In this document: in pieces, positions 61,101 to 64,000 of the stretch
Layout: each line of letters begins with the position of its first letter
How positions within the stretch are numbered: the first letter of the stretch is position 1
Source: Mobula hypostoma
Taxonomy: Eukaryota
NCBI RefSeq assembly: GCF_963921235.1
Contig: NC_086109.1
Coordinates: 30,630,001-30,694,000, forward strand
DNA: 64,000 nt
Direction: 5' to 3'
Translations under genes and position numbers: made by a program
Notes under the pieces: model-generated
Database searches by the model: none
Seen by the model: the letters and a program-made list of their open reading frames with translations, nothing else
What the model was told of the DNA's origin: nothing

Positions 61101-63170
61101 TATCATATTACGATCATTGCTGTCTCAGGGCTCCTTTGCCTTAAGCTCCCTAATCATATTCAATTTATTACACAATGCCCAATACAAAATACAAAATACA
61201 AATTTGATGATACAAATTTTGTGGACAGATTTGCTGGAGCTGCTGGGAAGGGTTTAAACTACTTTGGTAGGGGTGTGTGGGATGCAGAGTGATAAGGTTG
61301 AGGATAGGGATGTTAGTTTCCAAGCAGAGGTAGTATACAGTCAGATTGTCAGGAGGGACAGGCAGATGATAGGGCAAAATTGATGATCCCCTTAATGGGC
61401 TCAAAAATGCCATTTTGGCTGCTCCAAAATGCCATCTTGGAGGCATCTTTTGAGATCTAGTATCAACTTGATTTTCCCAATCTATCTGCACATTGAAACC
61501 CCTATGACTATGTAACATTGCCTTTTTGACATGCTCTTTCTTTCTCCTGCTGTGATTTGTAGACCACATCCTGGCTACTGTTTGGAGGCTTGTAAATAAC
61601 TCCTGTCGGGGTCTTCTATCCCTTTCAGTGTCTTAAAACAACCCTCTATTCTATGTCATCTCTTTCTAAAGATTTGATTTCATGTTTTTACCAGCAGAGC
61701 ATCTCCTCCTCCTCTGCCTGCCTACCTGCCTGCCCTTTCGATAGATTGTGTATCCTTGGATATTATACTCTCAACTACTATCATCTATCAGCTATGACCC
61801 TGTGACACCCATAACATCTTACCTGACAATCTCTAACTGTGATACAAGATCATCACATTATTTCATATATTGTGTGCATTCAAGTGTAACAGTCCTGTAT
61901 TTGTCACCTTTTTCAATTTTGTCGCCCTTTTACACTGCAACCCATATCGCTGATTGCAATTTTGCCCTATCATCTGCCTGTCCATCCTGACAGCCTCACT
62001 GTACACTACCTCTGCTTGGAAACTAACATCCCTATCCTGGACCTTATCACTCTGCATCCCACACTCCCTACCAAATTAGTTTAAACCCTTCCCAGCAGCT
62101 CTAGCAAACCTATCCACAAAGATATTGATTCCCCTAGGGTTCAGGTGTAGCCTGTCACTTTTGTACAGGTCATACCAGCTCCAGAAGGAACCCCAATGAT
62201 CCATAAATCTGAAACACTGCCCACTGCACCAGTTCCTCAGCCACACATTCATCTGACAGATCATCCTATTCTTGCCTTCACTTGCACATGGCACAGGCAG
62301 CAATCCAGAGATTGTTATTCTGGAGGTCTTGTTTTTCAGCTTTATACCTTGCTCCCTGAATTCTCTTTTTAGGACCTCCTCTCTTTTCCTTCCTGTGTCA
62401 TTGGTACCAAAATGTACGAAGATGTCTGGCTGCTCACCCTCCCCTTTTAAAATGTCATGGACACGACTCGAGACATCTCTGACCTTGGCTCCTGGCAGGC
62501 AACATACCATCTGATTCTCTCTATCACATCCTCAGAGTCTCCTATCACTCCTCTAGCAATGAAATCTCCTATCACTACTTTATTCCTCCTCTTGTCCCTT
62601 CCCTTTGAGCACTAATGCCAGAGACCTGGTCACTGCGGCTCACCCTGTTAGTATCCAAATGGTATACTTGTTATTGGGAGGTATGGCCACAAGCGTACTC
62701 TGTATTGGCTCCTTTTATCCGTTCTATCACCCGACAGTCACTCATATACTTGCCTCCTACAACCTAGGGGTGACTACCTCCCTGTAGCTCCTATCTATCA
62801 TTTCCTCTTATGAGTTTCCTTTATGAGATGAAGGTCATTGAGTTGCAGCTCCCGTCCTTTCACATGTTCTCTGAGGAGCTACAGCTCAGAGCACCTGGTG
62901 AAGATATGGTTATCCAGGAGGCTGGAGGTCTCCCAGAATTCCCACATCTCACACAAAGAACAAAACACAACCACTGGAGCCATTCTTACTGCCCTAACTA
63001 TAAACATATAGATGAAGAACGAGCAAGAAAAAAACTTACAAGACACTTATATCACCCACGACTGCTGTCGCTCAAGCCTGTTGAGCCAGAGCCAAAGCCA
63101 AAAGTCTCCCCACTCTAACACAGCCCCACTCCAACAATGGTCGATCTTCTTGTCCCTGCCTTATTTTTAT
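58182..63170 (-). mobile_element. Near full-length degraded CR1 LINE
   Basis: ORF1 esterase DIFVHFGTND...DRLHLN (62076-62510); APE start LHLNAHNI; RT fragments (QHGFLKG, KIADNMK); 3' tail at 58182. Confidence 0.85.
59558..60288 (-). mobile_element. PIF/Harbinger deletion derivative, copy 2, with TAA TSD
   Basis: Reverse-complement homolog of 45265-45985; TAA at 59555-59557 and 60289-60291; removing it restores the CR1 word GAGGTCAG.CTAACTGGCCTAT. Confidence 0.9.
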
Positions 63171-63181
63171 TTGACCTTGCT

Positions 63182-63506
63182 AAGGCTTTTTCCCAGGGCT
63201 GAAATGGCTAGCACAAGAGGGCACAGTTTTAAGGTGCTTGGAAGTCGGTACAGTGCAGATGTCATGGGTAAGTGTTTTTTATGCAGAGAGTGGTGAGTGT
63301 GTGGAATGGGCTGCCAGTGATGGTGGTGGAGGCAGATATGATAGGGTTTTTTAAGAGACTCCTGGATAGGTACATGGAGTTTAGAAAAATAGAGGGGTAT
63401 GGGTAACCCAAGGTAATTTCTAACGTAAGGACATGTTCGGCACAACATTGTGGGCCAAAGGGCCTGTATTGTGCTGTAGGTTTTCTATGTTTCTATGTTT
63501 TCTATG
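63182..63506 (+). mobile_element. CR1 3' fragment
   Basis: LFPRAEMASTRGHSFKV and a (TTTCTATG)n tail. Confidence 0.8.
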
Positions 63507-64000
63507 AACGATTAAATCCAATTGGCCAATGTTCAAGTTCCAAAAACAAAACAGCTATGAAATGCTGATCTTTAAAGCTCTCTCCTCAACCTGGATGAAG
63601 ACACCGTTACTTTTCACCTCCAAAAATCTGATTGGCCGCTGTTCAAGCTCCTTAAATAGAGTTTGCCAAATCATGATCCATCTGCTTTATCAAGACTGCA
63701 GCTTTGTAAATTATGTTTGGCCAGCATGGCATTATGTTTTCCTTCCAAGAACTCCCAGTGACTGTGTGATCAGTGCTTACTGAAAGCTGATGCAGGAATA
63801 TTAGGAGAGAATGGCTGTATGTATGTCCTACTGGTATGGAAAAAAGAAATCTGTTCATAAACCACCCTACCACATCGAAATCCAAAAGTAACATGTTCCT
63901 TTCCTTTAATAATAGCGAGAAGCACATCACAGAGCATCTTTTTAATAGCCATTCTTCCATAAAATTAATCCAGAACAAGAACTTTCCAAATGAATGTTTA

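Overview
Repeat-dominated vertebrate genomic DNA, most likely from a cartilaginous fish (ray or shark), inferred from an HE1/V-SINE-like element, abundant CR1, Rex1/Babar-like and Penelope elements, and fish-type Gypsy/BEL elements. I found no host protein-coding exon, RNA gene or CRISPR array. Every long ORF I could assign is transposon-derived or an antisense shadow of one. The most interesting structure is largely invisible in the ORF track: an old, internally deleted retrovirus-like provirus at 717-8857. It has two LTRs, a perfect 5-bp CCTTC target-site duplication, a degenerate tRNA-Pro PBS, a PPT, and remnants of capsid, protease, retroviral-type RNase H and integrase. Four younger elements are nested inside it, and one ~100-bp LTR tract looks gene-converted. 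Other highlights: a BEL/Pao element flanked by an abnormal ~152-bp duplication, a PNMA-gag Gypsy element, two near-identical young CR1 copies, Penelope termini with decayed hammerhead cores, an RTE-derived element with a possible HDV-like fold, and a Harbinger derivative in two copies. Family assignments rest on motif recognition by eye, without database searches. Boundaries without a stated TSD are approximate.
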